Both the position numbers and the translations under genes were made by a program. DNA of 63,665 nucleotides, filler included, from Octopus bimaculoides (Eukaryota), in assembly GCF_001194135.2 (NCBI RefSeq). It is 9 parts of 9 records of this genome, joined end to end, with 100 filler letters (N's around TTAATTAATTAA, not from the genome) between each part and the next. Parts side by side here need not be neighbours in the genome. Positions count along the whole stretch, not along the records: positions 57,057 to 63,665 come from NW_026374241.1; 8 more parts are not named here. The stretch is one strand, 5' to 3'. Below the pieces are notes generated by a model that made no database searches, was not told where the DNA came from, and saw only the letters and a list, made by a program, of their open reading frames with translations. This document shows positions 63,020-63,665 of this stretch, in pieces; within the stretch, counting starts at the first letter, position 1, and every line of letters starts with the position of its first letter.

Positions 63020-63240
63020 ACATATATGTACATACTTACATCTACATGTGTATATAGATGCATATCAGGGTACAGGACGTTAGGAAAATGAACTACAGAC
63101 CACGGAACGAACACATAGGAAAACAGATAGCCACTTGGCATTAATGGTTTGTCAGCTGCCTCTATTCAAACTAGACGTTTGGAAGATAAGGCAGAACGCA
63201 CTCTAGAATAGTCTCTTCCTGAGTAGTGGATCGACCCACT
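63020..63240 (-). repeat. Penelope-like terminal repeat family copy with degenerate hammerhead (63170-63227)
   Basis: Minus strand ACTA-CTCAGGA-AGAG...TCTTC-CAAAC-GTC-TAGT; homologous to the 3.6 kb and 7.4 kb copies. Confidence 0.55.
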
Positions 63241-63512
63241 AAACTGAGGATTCCAAGGGCAAACACAAACCAAGACAGGAAAAAATGGACAGTGAAAACA
63301 ACATTGAAAAGCCGTACGGCCAAACGCGAATCTGATGTAGAACGCTAACAGTTCGTCTCGCCTTCATAGTGGCTGGAGTGAAAAGAGAGTTGACCACAGT
63401 TCACACGTGAGCAGAGAGGATATAGTAGAGGGAGGAAATGGAAGAAGGAGGATGAGAGAGATGTGTATATATACACACACATATATATATACATATATAT
63501 ATACGCACATAC

Positions 63513-63543
<31 letters not shown>

Positions 63544-63600
63544 CACATATGTATATATACATATATATATATACACACATATATATCTATATATATATAC

Positions 63601-63636
<36 letters not shown>

Positions 63637-63665
63637 ATATATATACATATGTGTGTATGTATATA

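Overview
AT-rich, microsatellite-laden animal DNA, most likely octopus or another coleoid cephalopod (inferred from the SINE families and repeat make-up). It is not one contiguous locus: eight N44-TTAATTAATTAA-N44 linkers join nine short scaffolds, and many further N gaps lie inside them. Secure genes are few: an intact tRNA-Cys(GCA) at 2477-2548 and one homeodomain exon of a mohawk (Mkx, TALE/IRO class) gene at 28160-28491 (-). There is also an NRF1+ETS promoter-like site with a first-exon donor near 40.6 kb and a few weak exon candidates. The rest is mostly decayed mobile DNA: several Penelope-like elements (RT and GIY-YIG), an RTE LINE, two R4/Dong-like LINE pieces, a Chapaev3 transposase, a Helitron 3' end, mariner and hAT remnants, and tRNA-derived SINEs with CORE-, Meta/MESC- and V-like domains. 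The strongest structural signal is a set of type I hammerhead ribozyme motifs (one with an intact core at 61234-61294, others near-intact or decayed, some showing covariation in palindromic stem III). Other leads: a distant-branch-point 3' splice site in mkx, a spliced ORF interrupted by one in-frame TAG, a ~134-residue low-complexity insert between the GIY and YIG motifs of a Penelope endonuclease, a ~290-bp fold-back hairpin, two local inversions with short breakpoint duplications, and an R4 element seated in (CATA)n. All alignments were done by eye; no searches were run.
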